Source: Candidatus Shapirobacteria bacterium
GTDB lineage: Bacteria; Patescibacteriota; Microgenomatia; UBA12405
Length of the DNA: 64,000 bases
Assembly: GCA_016188545.1 (NCBI GenBank)
Contig: JACPHO010000001.1
Coordinates: 90,774-154,773, forward strand
Reading direction: 5' to 3'
Shown here one piece after another: positions 47,856-57,270 of this stretch; the stretch's first letter is position 1, and every line of letters starts with the position of its first letter. Made by a program: the position numbers and the translations under genes. The notes beneath the pieces are model-generated. The model was not told where the DNA came from, did not search any database, and saw nothing but the letters and a program-made list of their open reading frames with translations.

Positions 47856-50294
47856 ATGAATCCTGCTGTCCATGGTCTAACCCTCGCCGAAGTTCAAAGA
47901 CGCCAGCAGCAGTATGGTCCAAATGTCCTACCCGAAAAACCAGTTCCGGGTAGGCTTTCCATTCTCACCTCCCAACTCAAAAGTCCTCTTGTTTTTATTT
48001 TACTTATCGCTGGTCTTATTACCATAGTTATCGGTCATTACTCCGATGCTATCATCATATTTCTAGCGGTTTTTATCAACACTATTCTCGGTTTCGTTCA
48101 GGAATATCGAGCCTCAAACGCCCTTCTGGCTCTCAAAAGTTATCTCACCGAAAAAACTGAAGTTGTTCGAGAAGGCATCCGTCAATCTATCGACACCACT
48201 CAAATTGTAGTCGGCGACATTGTTTATCTATCCCAAGGGTCAAAAATCCCCGCCGATGGCCAGCTCCTTTCTGCCAACCGTTTGTATGTCAACGAATCTA
48301 TCCTCACCGGTGAAAGTGCACCGGTAACCAAAAACAAAAATGCTCCGGTATTTATGGGCACTACCATTGCCTCTGGTCAGGCTACTATGGTTGTCGAAAA
48401 TATTGGCTCTCTGACCAAAATGGGAGCCATCGCCGGAGAAATCCAGGAACAAAAAGAAGACACCCCACTCCAAAAGCAATTAAAAGTTTTTAGCCAACAA
48501 CTCGCCCTAATCATAGGCGTGGTCACCGTTTTTGTTTTTATCCTTGGCATCTATTATCAATACAACATTACCGAAATCTTTATAACTGCTGTGGCTCTGG
48601 CCGTGTCCAGCATTCCCGAAGGGTTATTAGTGTCGCTTACCGTGGTTCTAGCCATCGGCATGCAAAAAATCCTCAAACGTCGTGGTCTAGTTCGCAAAAT
48701 GTCAGCCGCCGAAACCTTGGGTGGAGTCACTGTCGCCTGTATCGACAAAACCGGCACCCTAACCCAAGGAAAAATGACAGTCATCGATGCTATTGGTAAC
48801 CAAAAATCATTAGCCCGACAGATCCAGTTAGCCAACGATCTTGATGATCCCATGGTCATTGCCGCCTATGAATGGGGCAAATCATTAATACCGGATTTGA
48901 ATGGCAAATCCACTAGGCTCGACAGCATCCCTTTTTCATCTACCGAAAAATTCTTTGTCAGTCTCCACACTTCAACATCCAAAAATAATCTGGTTTACGT
49001 CAACGGGGCACCGGAACTGGTTTTGGGTTGGACTACTTTGTCTGCCATTGAAAAGAAGAAAATTCTGGCAACTATTGATAAATTAACCAAACAAGGCAAG
49101 CGGATCATCGGTCTGGCTCGCAAAGTTGTCCCACTCACCAAAAAAACTCTAACCCACTCCGACGCCAAAAACAATCTCACTTGGGTGGGCCTTCTGACTT
49201 TTTCCGATCCGGTCCGTCTGGGAGTAAAAAAATCGCTGGAACAAACCCATTCGGCTGGGATCCGGACTATTGTCATAACCGGAGACTATGCCAAGACCAC
49301 GATTTATGTACTCGAACAGCTGGGTATTATGGTCTCCGAAGATGAAGTCATGACCGGTGAAGAACTCCAGGACATTACTACCAAAGAGCTGGCTCAAAAA
49401 GTCCGCACCATCAAGCTATTTGCCAGGACTACTCCAGATCAAAAACTAACCATAGTCGAAGCCCTGAAAAAAAATGGTGAAGTCGTCGCCATGATGGGGG
49501 ATGGAGTCAACGATGCCCCCGCTCTCCATACTGCCGATATTGGTGTGGTCGTCAACGATGCCACCGATGTAGCCAAAGAATCAGCCGATATCATCCTACT
49601 CAACTCCGATTTTTCCACCGTTGTCAAAGCCATCGAGGAAGGCCGGGTAATTTTTGAAAACATCCGCAAAATTATTCTTTATCTAATGTGCGATTCTTTT
49701 GTAGAAATTCTTATCGTTGTTGGCAGCATCACTGTCGGTCTACCACTTCCGGTTACCGCCACTATGATCTTGTGGATCAATTTGGTTTCCGATGGTTTCC
49801 CGTCCCTAGCCCTAACCATCGATCCCCAAAGAATCGACATTATGAAAGAACCGCCCCGTTCTCCTTCGGAAAAATTGGTCAATTCCTGGATGATGGGTCT
49901 TATCGCCATGGTTAGCCTTGTGGCCGGACTAATTACTCTTACCACCTTTTATATTGTCTACCGTCTTACTGGTGATTTGGCTACTGCCCGTTCTATGGCT
50001 TTTATTACTCTTGGGCTTGATTCACTTAGTTATGTTTTCTCAGTTCGGACATTGTCGACTCCTTTTTGGAAAAGTGATTTATTTGAGAACAAATGGCTTT
50101 TAGTTGCCACTGTTGCCGGTTTTATCCTTCAGTTATTACCCTTTGCCACATCAAGTCTTCGACAGTTTTTTGGATTAGTTTATTTATCTCCGGTCTATTG
50201 GTTAGTCGCCCTTGGCCTATCCTTATTTATGTTTATGTTAGTCGAAGTTGTGAAGTGGGCTTATCTTGGTAAACAAAAAACATCTATTTTGTAA
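47856..50294 (+). CDS. cation-transporting P-type ATPase (P2-type)
   Basis: Phosphorylation site CIDKTGTLTQGKM. TGES. Hinge MMGDGVNDAPAL. 10 TM helices. Confidence 0.95.
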   Translation: MNPAVHGLTLAEVQRRQQQYGPNVLPEKPVPGRLSILTSQLKSPLVFILLIAGLITIVIGHYSDAIIIFLAVFINTILGFVQEYRASNALLALKSYLTEKTEVVREGIRQSIDTTQIVVGDIVYLSQGSKIPADGQLLSANRLYVNESILTGESAPVTKNKNAPVFMGTTIASGQATMVVENIGSLTKMGAIAGEIQEQKEDTPLQKQLKVFSQQLALIIGVVTVFVFILGIYYQYNITEIFITAVALAVSSIPEGLLVSLTVVLAIGMQKILKRRGLVRKMSAAETLGGVTVACIDKTGTLTQGKMTVIDAIGNQKSLARQIQLANDLDDPMVIAAYEWGKSLIPDLNGKSTRLDSIPFSSTEKFFVSLHTSTSKNNLVYVNGAPELVLGWTTLSAIEKKKILATIDKLTKQGKRIIGLARKVVPLTKKTLTHSDAKNNLTWVGLLTFSDPVRLGVKKSLEQTHSAGIRTIVITGDYAKTTIYVLEQLGIMVSEDEVMTGEELQDITTKELAQKVRTIKLFARTTPDQKLTIVEALKKNGEVVAMMGDGVNDAPALHTADIGVVVNDATDVAKESADIILLNSDFSTVVKAIEEGRVIFENIRKIILYLMCDSFVEILIVVGSITVGLPLPVTATMILWINLVSDGFPSLALTIDPQRIDIMKEPPRSPSEKLVNSWMMGLIAMVSLVAGLITLTTFYIVYRLTGDLATARSMAFITLGLDSLSYVFSVRTLSTPFWKSDLFENKWLLVATVAGFILQLLPFATSSLRQFFGLVYLSPVYWLVALGLSLFMFMLVEVVKWAYLGKQKTSIL

Positions 50295-50297
50295 CTT

Positions 50298-51305
50298 TTG
50301 CTAAAATCAGTCATGAACAATCTCAAAATCGGTTTCATTGGGTATGGGCGACACGCTCAGGCCAATCTTTATCCCTCCATTCGTCATTTGGGATACAAAA
50401 TTAGTGCAGTTGCCACCACTCACCAGGAATCGGCCACCAAATGTGGAGACGATTATTCTATTTCACACTGTTATACCAACCATCTCGATATGTTGAAAAA
50501 AGAGTTGTTAGATGTCGTTTTCATCTGTACCAAACCAGAGCAACAAGTCCAACTGGTCAAAGATTCTCTGAATGCTGGTGTGCATGTCTTTGTTGAAAAA
50601 AACTTGGGGTTTAGTTCCGCCGAAGCAGAAGAAATCAAAGTATTATCCGATAAAGTCGGCAAAAAAGTAATGGTCGGTTTTATGAAACGATTTGCTCCGG
50701 TATATCTTAAATTAAAAGAAATAATCGACGATGGCGAATTTGGCAAAGTTATTTCCCTGTCTCAAACGTTTACCAGTCGAAATTTTGTAAGCAGTAGCAA
50801 AGAATATCTTCTTTTCGCTGCCATTCATTTTATCGACCTAATTAGGTTTTATGTTGGAGAGATTTCGAAAGTCAAGGGATTCGAAACTATCGAAGGCGAT
50901 TCGATGTCTCAAACTTTCTCACTCAAATCCGTGTCCGGAGCATCAATTTCCCTTAGTTATTCCGCCTCGCCTTCATGGTCCAGTGGAGTTCAAGAAATTA
51001 CTATTACCGGCACCAATGGATATGCCAAAACAAGTGGAATAAGTAATCTAAAATATCATTTCAACGAAACCAAGCCCAATACTCCCGGATGGCAGACAGT
51101 TGAAGAAAAAGAAATCCAATTAAATACCATGCTAACTACCGGTGGTGGTGGAGTCCAAAACCTCTATCTCAATGGCTTTATCGGTGAGGTCGATTATTTT
51201 CTAAAATCCATAAATGACAACTTATCCCCAATAAACGACGCTACCGAAAACGTCAAAACCATGAAATTGTACGACATGCTGGTCAATTGTTTAGATAAAA
51301 AATGA
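50298..51305 (+). CDS. Gfo/Idh/MocA-family oxidoreductase
   Basis: N-terminal Rossmann KIGFIGYGRHAQAN. Family-typical length. Confidence 0.85.
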   Translation: MLKSVMNNLKIGFIGYGRHAQANLYPSIRHLGYKISAVATTHQESATKCGDDYSISHCYTNHLDMLKKELLDVVFICTKPEQQVQLVKDSLNAGVHVFVEKNLGFSSAEAEEIKVLSDKVGKKVMVGFMKRFAPVYLKLKEIIDDGEFGKVISLSQTFTSRNFVSSSKEYLLFAAIHFIDLIRFYVGEISKVKGFETIEGDSMSQTFSLKSVSGASISLSYSASPSWSSGVQEITITGTNGYAKTSGISNLKYHFNETKPNTPGWQTVEEKEIQLNTMLTTGGGGVQNLYLNGFIGEVDYFLKSINDNLSPINDATENVKTMKLYDMLVNCLDKK

Positions 51306-52318
51306 AAATCCCATCTTTAGCTGTTCTCAAATCCGGCAAAAATCTACAACCTTTTGAATATGAATCCGAAATCGGTCCAAATGATGTTTTGATTAGCCTT
51401 AAATATTGTTCGATGACTCGTGGTGATGTCCGCTTTATGGCTAATTATTGGGGAGATACCAAGTTCCCTCTAGTTCCCGGTTCCGAAATGTTCGGAGTGA
51501 TTGAACAAATTGGAAATGAGGTAAAAGATTTTGAAATTGGTGATTATGTTGGTGCTGGTTATCAAATTAGTTCCTGCCATGAATGCGAATATTGCCTCGC
51601 AGGTAAAGAACAATTTTGCCATAGTCAAAAAGTCCTTTGCATTGGCGGTTTTGGTGGAGTTGCCAAACAAATTATTTTTGATAATAGTTTTATTTTTAAG
51701 ATTCCTACTAAATTACAAAATCCAAACAGTGTTTCTTTGATGTGTTCAGGGCTGACTGTTTATTCTGCAATCAAAAAAGTAAATCCGCAACCAGGAATGA
51801 AAGTTGGAGTCGTTGGTGTTGGCAACCTGGGACATTTTGCAGTCAAAATATTGGTAGCACTTGGATGTGAAGTAATAGCTTTTACTCATAGCGCAGGTAA
51901 ATCAGATGAGTTAACCAATATGGGAGTTGTAAAAATTGTTGATAGTACATCAGAAAAAGAACTTGCGGACTGTAAAAACCAATACGACTTTTTAATTTCC
52001 ACCTCTTCCAAATCACTTAATTGGAGATTATTTATTGCTGCTCTAAAACCACAGGGTAATCTAATGTTTGTCGGCTTGCCAGAAAAGGAAGTTGCCTTTC
52101 CAGCAGAAATGCTGGCCGACTATGCTCAAAAAGGAATTTTGGGAAGTTATATTGGAAGTCCTTCAGAGATGAGAGAGTTACTCCAGTTTGCAGAACAAAA
52201 TAATATCTTTGCATCTACAAAACTGTACAAAGTTTCAGAAATAGACCAAGCAGTTACTGATATACAGGAAGACAGGTCTAACTTTAGTACCGTTATAGAT
52301 TTGTCAGATTGGAAATAA
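51302..52318 (+). CDS. zinc-dependent alcohol dehydrogenase (MDR family)
   Basis: Cys-rich structural zinc loop CHECEYCLAGKEQFC. Cofactor motif VGVVGVGNLGHFAVKI. ATGA overlap with the upstream gene. Confidence 0.85.
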   Translation: MKIPSLAVLKSGKNLQPFEYESEIGPNDVLISLKYCSMTRGDVRFMANYWGDTKFPLVPGSEMFGVIEQIGNEVKDFEIGDYVGAGYQISSCHECEYCLAGKEQFCHSQKVLCIGGFGGVAKQIIFDNSFIFKIPTKLQNPNSVSLMCSGLTVYSAIKKVNPQPGMKVGVVGVGNLGHFAVKILVALGCEVIAFTHSAGKSDELTNMGVVKIVDSTSEKELADCKNQYDFLISTSSKSLNWRLFIAALKPQGNLMFVGLPEKEVAFPAEMLADYAQKGILGSYIGSPSEMRELLQFAEQNNIFASTKLYKVSEIDQAVTDIQEDRSNFSTVIDLSDWK

Positions 52319-52322
52319 ATAT

Positions 52323-52622
52323 ATGAAACTTGAAGAACTGGAAAAAAGAGTTAAGAAAATTGAAAGTAGAAACCAAAAAGTCGAAATGGACAAAGCCTGG
52401 GAAACTAGTCTTACTAGAAAAGTTTTACTAATAATTTTTACTTTTCTTAGCATTGGTTTGTATATGAATGCGATCGGAGTAAACAATCCCTGGCAAAACG
52501 CCGTCATACCATCATTGGGGTTTTTATTGTCAACCCTGAGCCTGCCTTTCTTTAAGAGAATTTGGATTAATAGGCAAAAAGGTGTAACTGAATTACCAGA
52601 ATTACTAAGTATCATCGAATGA
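52323..52622 (+). CDS. small hypothetical membrane protein
   Basis: 99 aa. Charged N-terminal helix then 2 TM. Confidence 0.35.
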   Translation: MKLEELEKRVKKIESRNQKVEMDKAWETSLTRKVLLIIFTFLSIGLYMNAIGVNNPWQNAVIPSLGFLLSTLSLPFFKRIWINRQKGVTELPELLSIIE

Positions 52623-52834
52623 CAGTTCTCTACCCTTGGTTTAGTGTAAAATAACTAAACTCCTATATTTTCAGTACGAGAATTATATCAAAAAACAAAT
52701 TATCTCCCCAAGAGAGCATTGAGTTATTATCTGTATTAAAATCCCGCTTTGACAAAAACCCAAAAAGGCACCATGGTGTTCTATGGGCCAAGGTACAGGC
52801 CAAGCTGGAAGGTAGTCCGGAAAAACTCTGGTCA

Positions 52835-53266
52835 TTGAATGAAATGGAGCGCACTGGCGGTGAACCGGATGTAGTAATCCTAAATGAAAAAACAAAATCC
52901 CTGCCCGCCGGTAGGTGGGAATATATTTTTGTCGACTGTTCAGCCGAAACACCCAAAGACAGGCGAAGTCTGTGTTACGATCGTGCAGCTCTTGATGCTC
53001 GAAAAGCCTTCAAACCCAAAGATACCGCCATCGACATGTGCACTGACATGGGTATCGAGCTAATGACCGAAGAGCAATACCGGCAGTTACAAGAACTAGG
53101 TAGTTTTGACACTAAAACTTCCAGTTGGCTCAACACCCCTTCCGAAATCAGAAAACACGGTGGTGCCATTTTTGGTGATCGTCGTTACGACCATGTCTTC
53201 ATCTACCACAATGGTGCCGATTCCTATTATGCTGCCCGCGGATTCCGCGGGGTACTTATGGTTTAG
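52835..53266 (+). CDS. hypothetical protein
   Basis: 143-aa ORF with no motif recognised. Confidence 0.4.
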   Translation: MNEMERTGGEPDVVILNEKTKSLPAGRWEYIFVDCSAETPKDRRSLCYDRAALDARKAFKPKDTAIDMCTDMGIELMTEEQYRQLQELGSFDTKTSSWLNTPSEIRKHGGAIFGDRRYDHVFIYHNGADSYYAARGFRGVLMV

Positions 53267-53278
53267 ATAAAATTGTCC

Positions 53279-53668
53279 CTATCTTTGTCCCTGTCGCCTT
53301 TTGACTATGTCAGCAATTGTAGTCGATGGCACCGGATCCGCCAATGCCAGTAATACGTCTCTGACTGAATTACGCAAAGCTGGTGCCACCGCTGCTGCTG
53401 TGGTATTAAATGCCTCTGCTAACACTTTTTTCTGTTCGCCCAGTATCTCTTCGGTTCCAGTCAACCCCATTGCCTGCTTGTGCCCATCAGTACGGACTAT
53501 TCTCAATTCACCTCCAGAAACTGTTTTTTCGACCAAATCTCTGACAGTCTGTTCAAACAAATGACGTCCATCCTCGTCAAGATCTTTATAGAGACCGGAT
53601 TTGTTTATTCTTTCGGATACTAAATCGTCGATCCTTGTCATAAACGAATTATAGCATGCAACCCACAA
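53279..53668 (-). CDS. hypothetical protein
   Basis: 129-aa ORF. Confidence 0.35.
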   Translation of the reverse strand: MWVACYNSFMTRIDDLVSERINKSGLYKDLDEDGRHLFEQTVRDLVEKTVSGGELRIVRTDGHKQAMGLTGTEEILGEQKKVLAEAFNTTAAAVAPALRNSVRDVLLALADPVPSTTIADIVKRRQGQR

Positions 53669-53707
53669 AACCCCCTCGTTTAAGGGGGTTTTGTGTTTGT
53701 CAAAAAA

Positions 53708-54073
53708 TTATCTACTATTTTGACCCATACCTCGTCCTTGTCCGTTTCCTTGTCTCATCCCCATCCCGTACTTAGCTCTAAAAGCATTAAGTAGGGTCGA
53801 GTCACCCTTAAGGGATGCCAAGTGGGCGGCCGCAAATTCTTTAAAATTCGTCTCATTTACAAATCGGGTAGCCCCTCTACCAGACATATTAACTGTCCAG
53901 GCTTTGTAGTCACCTTTTTCAAAAGCCGACAAATTAGCGTTATGCCTTTCTTCAGTATAATTTGGTCCTTTGACGGTGGCGTCACCACGATAGGCAAACA
54001 CTGGAGATAAAGTATTAACAGCAACTAAGCCAAGAGCCAAAGCGGCCACTCCTAGAGCAATTTTTGTTTTCAT
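53708..54073 (-). CDS. small secreted protein
   Basis: Signal peptide MKTKIALGVAALALGLVAVNTLSPVFA. Confidence 0.45.
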   Translation of the reverse strand: MKTKIALGVAALALGLVAVNTLSPVFAYRGDATVKGPNYTEERHNANLSAFEKGDYKAWTVNMSGRGATRFVNETNFKEFAAAHLASLKGDSTLLNAFRAKYGMGMRQGNGQGRGMGQNSR

Positions 54074-54125
54074 AGAAAATGTATTAACTATTAATAGACT
54101 TGCGCAGTCTATTAGTAATACAAAC

Positions 54126-54809
54126 CTAATATCTATTTTCTTTCATCATGTTTTGCCCCATACCATCCCAAGGTCGGATCTCTTCAGCATCGAAAGTATC
54201 ACCACTAACCAGTGTTCCGATTAGTTTGATCTCTTCTCCAACGACCATCTTTACTCGTCCCCGGACTATCGGTTGATTTCCGTTAATGTTCCATAATTTA
54301 CCGTTAAAATCTTTGATCACAAAACTGCTTGCACTATATATACTTACAATTTCTCCCGACAAGTATCCCGACTCGGGATTGTTCCAAACAATCATTCTCA
54401 TCGGCACCATCTGTCTATAAAACGAAAATCTAGATTCCATCCCTCGGTCAATTCGACTAGCCACACCAAATCGGAACAATACCCCACCCATTAATAGTCC
54501 GACAAAAACTATTACTAGCCCAACTTGCCATTTTTCAAATCGATAAGATTTTTTAGTTCTTTCAAATAATAAAAAAGACATTGTCAAAAAGATAATTGAC
54601 ACTACTACCCACAAATTAGGGGTAATGATGTTATCGATCAGTCCAAACCACGAAACCGCGACTCCTAGCATTAATAATAATAAGCTCGTCAAAAATCCCA
54701 ACCAGATGGACCAGTTTTTAACTATAAATTCCCATCGAGGAATTGGCTTTATTTGTCTTTGCTCGATAAGTCTCAGTGTCTTATCACTAATATTTATTTT
54801 CTTTTTCAT
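54126..54809 (-). CDS. membrane protein, probable anti-sigma factor cotranscribed with the ECF sigma
   Basis: Overlaps the 3' end of the ECF sigma gene by 23 nt. 3-4 TM helices. Confidence 0.5.
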   Translation of the reverse strand: MKKKINISDKTLRLIEQRQIKPIPRWEFIVKNWSIWLGFLTSLLLLMLGVAVSWFGLIDNIITPNLWVVVSIIFLTMSFLLFERTKKSYRFEKWQVGLVIVFVGLLMGGVLFRFGVASRIDRGMESRFSFYRQMVPMRMIVWNNPESGYLSGEIVSIYSASSFVIKDFNGKLWNINGNQPIVRGRVKMVVGEEIKLIGTLVSGDTFDAEEIRPWDGMGQNMMKENRY

Positions 54810-55365
54810 AGATTTGTTTAAATTGTATTTTTGCTCTGGAAAGTAGGGTAGCTACTGTCCCCATCGGTTTTTGGAGAATATCACTAATTTCTTTATAATC
54901 TTTTTCTTCAAAAAACTTTAAAGCTATTACTTCTTTGTACTCTGGCCTTAATTTGTCCAGAATCGACTTTATATATTCATCAAAATGTTTGGACACAGTC
55001 TCTTTTTCAATATTTGTATCCGCCACCAACCAGTCCACAAGTTCATCGTCCGATTCATCAGCTTCAATTCGAAGTGATTGTTTTTGTTTTTTTATAAAAT
55101 TAATGGCACTGTTATGGACGATACGGTACATCCAGCTGCTAAATTTCAGATCACAGTCACAATCATTTAAGTGCAAATAGGCGTTGACAAAAGAGTCTTC
55201 AACAATATCCTCCACATCTTCGTTTGAGAGATATGTCAGCCGGTGAACATAACCTTTCAGTTTATCTTCATAGCGCTTCATTAAGCAATAAAAATACTGG
55301 CTATTCTGTATCGATAGCGCTACTAGTTCGTTATCATCCAAATTCTGGCATTTTTCATCAATCAT
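54787..55365 (-). CDS. ECF-type RNA polymerase sigma factor
   Basis: Region 2 EDIVEDSFVNAYLHL...FSSWMYRIVHNSAINFIKKQ. Region 4 EVIALKFFEEKDYKEISDILQKPMGTVATLLSRAK. Confidence 0.85.
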   Translation of the reverse strand: MIDEKCQNLDDNELVALSIQNSQYFYCLMKRYEDKLKGYVHRLTYLSNEDVEDIVEDSFVNAYLHLNDCDCDLKFSSWMYRIVHNSAINFIKKQKQSLRIEADESDDELVDWLVADTNIEKETVSKHFDEYIKSILDKLRPEYKEVIALKFFEEKDYKEISDILQKPMGTVATLLSRAKIQFKQIYEKENKY

Positions 55366-55480
55366 TAGATACCTCTAGTATATATACAACTTATTGTAGT
55401 TGTTTCTTTCAACCAAACAATTCCAAATTTGGTTTCAGAAAAGTATTCCCAGTATTAGTGTCTTATGCTACTATTTTTAT

Positions 55481-56416
55481 ATGAACAAAAACTCCTACCT
55501 TTTTACTTACCTAGTTATTGCCTCACTTTTAACTCCAGCATCAGCTTCTGCCTACTACATTTCTATGGATATTGGCACAGCTGGGGTGGTTACCTATTCA
55601 TATCCCTCAGTATTGGGAGACGAAGATAAACCAGAAGAAAAAAAAGAAGAGAAGAAAGAAGAAAAACGTGAAGAAAAACGAGAGGAAAAGAAAGAAGAAA
55701 AAAGAGAAGACAAACCATCTCGGGTAGAACCGCGTCCTGAAAAAATCGAAATTAGAAAAGTAGAGAATAAAACGAACGTAAAACTAATCAAACAAGATAA
55801 AGTTAGGCAAGAATTATCTCCTGAAAAAGTGAGTCTAAAATTTTCCGCGGTTCCAAAAGTAACTCCAACCTCATCATTAAAGAAAGATGACCTGGCTGAA
55901 AACGAAATAGAGAATGAAGTAGAAAACGAAAATGAAGATTTAAGTGATGGGCAAAAAGAGCTTCGAAAAACTATCAAAGACCGATCAGGTAGAAAGGATG
56001 AAAAAGTCGAGATCCAAAGTGAAGTTCATGATGACGGAACTGTCGAATTGCAGTTGGAATCACGCGATGTGAAAGCGAAAATTAAAAATGGTGAGATTGA
56101 AGTAGATGTCAAAAACAATAATATAGGCTCATCAGACAATTCCGGTATTGAAAAAAAGCTAATCCATTTACCAGATCAGGCATTACAAAGATTTATAGAT
56201 AAAGGCATGTCTACTGTACCTGATACCTTGGAAGTAGGGGAGTCGGGAGTTGGTTATGAATATTCAATTACCGCCACCAAAAAAGAAAAACTTTTTGGAC
56301 TTATCCCAAGAGTAGCCAAGTACAAACTAACTCTAGATGATCAAAACGGGGTGGTTTCCGAACAAAAAGTAAATTCCAGCGTTGTCGAGAGGTTGCTGAA
56401 CATTTTCTCATTCTAA
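55481..56416 (+). CDS. secreted protein with (K/E)-rich EEKKEEK tandem repeats
   Basis: Signal peptide MNKNSYLFTYLVIASLLTPASASA. PEEKKEEKKEEKREEKREEKKEEKRED low-complexity tract. Start placed at ATG 55481. Confidence 0.55.
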   Translation: MNKNSYLFTYLVIASLLTPASASAYYISMDIGTAGVVTYSYPSVLGDEDKPEEKKEEKKEEKREEKREEKKEEKREDKPSRVEPRPEKIEIRKVENKTNVKLIKQDKVRQELSPEKVSLKFSAVPKVTPTSSLKKDDLAENEIENEVENENEDLSDGQKELRKTIKDRSGRKDEKVEIQSEVHDDGTVELQLESRDVKAKIKNGEIEVDVKNNNIGSSDNSGIEKKLIHLPDQALQRFIDKGMSTVPDTLEVGESGVGYEYSITATKKEKLFGLIPRVAKYKLTLDDQNGVVSEQKVNSSVVERLLNIFSF

Positions 56417-56465
56417 GATAGAGATTGTTATAAATCAAACATGATATCTGGTAAGATTAATTAAT

Positions 56466-57263
56466 ATGACCAATACACCCTTCAACGACCTCCTCAGCTT
56501 AGCTTCTCAAACCGCCATTGTTACCGGCGGTGCTCTAGGAATTGGACTGGGTATTACTACCAGACTCGCCCAAGCTGGTGCCAATGTGGTAATTGCCGAT
56601 ATCAACGAAGAAAGTGGTACAAAAGCCTCCGCAGACCTCAATGCTCAAGGGTACAAAACAGCTTTTATCAAAACCGATGTCAGTCTCCAAACCGATGTGG
56701 ATGCCGCAGTTAAATTTGCCACTACCACTTTTGGATCACTCAACATTTTAGTCAACAATGCTGGAATCTATCCCAATACTCCAGTTATGGATATGGATAT
56801 TGCAGTTTTCGAAAAAATAATCAACGTCAATCTTAAGAGTGTTTTTATGTTAACTAAGTCGGCAGCCGCCGTCATGATTCAACAAGGTAAGGGTGGAAAA
56901 ATAGTTAACATTACCTCTATAGATGCTCTCCATCCCTCTGGTGTTGGACTGGCCGCCTACGATTCATCCAAGCATGGGCTTTGGGGCTTCACCAAAAACG
57001 TCGCCCTCGAATTAGCACCCCACAATATTACTGTAAATGCCGTCGCTCCTGGTGGAATAAGCACTCCGGGTACCGGTATGGGTTCAGGAGATATTTCTCC
57101 TGCGATGAAGGAACTTGTTGAAAAGTTCACTCAAAAAATCCCCATGAAAAAATTCGGTGATCCCGATGATATTGGCAAGGTAGTCCTATTTTTGGCTTCC
57201 GATATGTCCTCTTATATGACCGGATCCCAAATTGTTGTCGATGGGGGAGTTCTCCTTTCTTAA
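56466..57263 (+). CDS. SDR-family oxidoreductase (FabG-like)
   Basis: TGGALGIGLG cofactor motif. NNAG. Catalytic YDSSK. Confidence 0.85.
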   Translation: MTNTPFNDLLSLASQTAIVTGGALGIGLGITTRLAQAGANVVIADINEESGTKASADLNAQGYKTAFIKTDVSLQTDVDAAVKFATTTFGSLNILVNNAGIYPNTPVMDMDIAVFEKIINVNLKSVFMLTKSAAAVMIQQGKGGKIVNITSIDALHPSGVGLAAYDSSKHGLWGFTKNVALELAPHNITVNAVAPGGISTPGTGMGSGDISPAMKELVEKFTQKIPMKKFGDPDDIGKVVLFLASDMSSYMTGSQIVVDGGVLLS

Positions 57264-57270
57264 TTCCCGC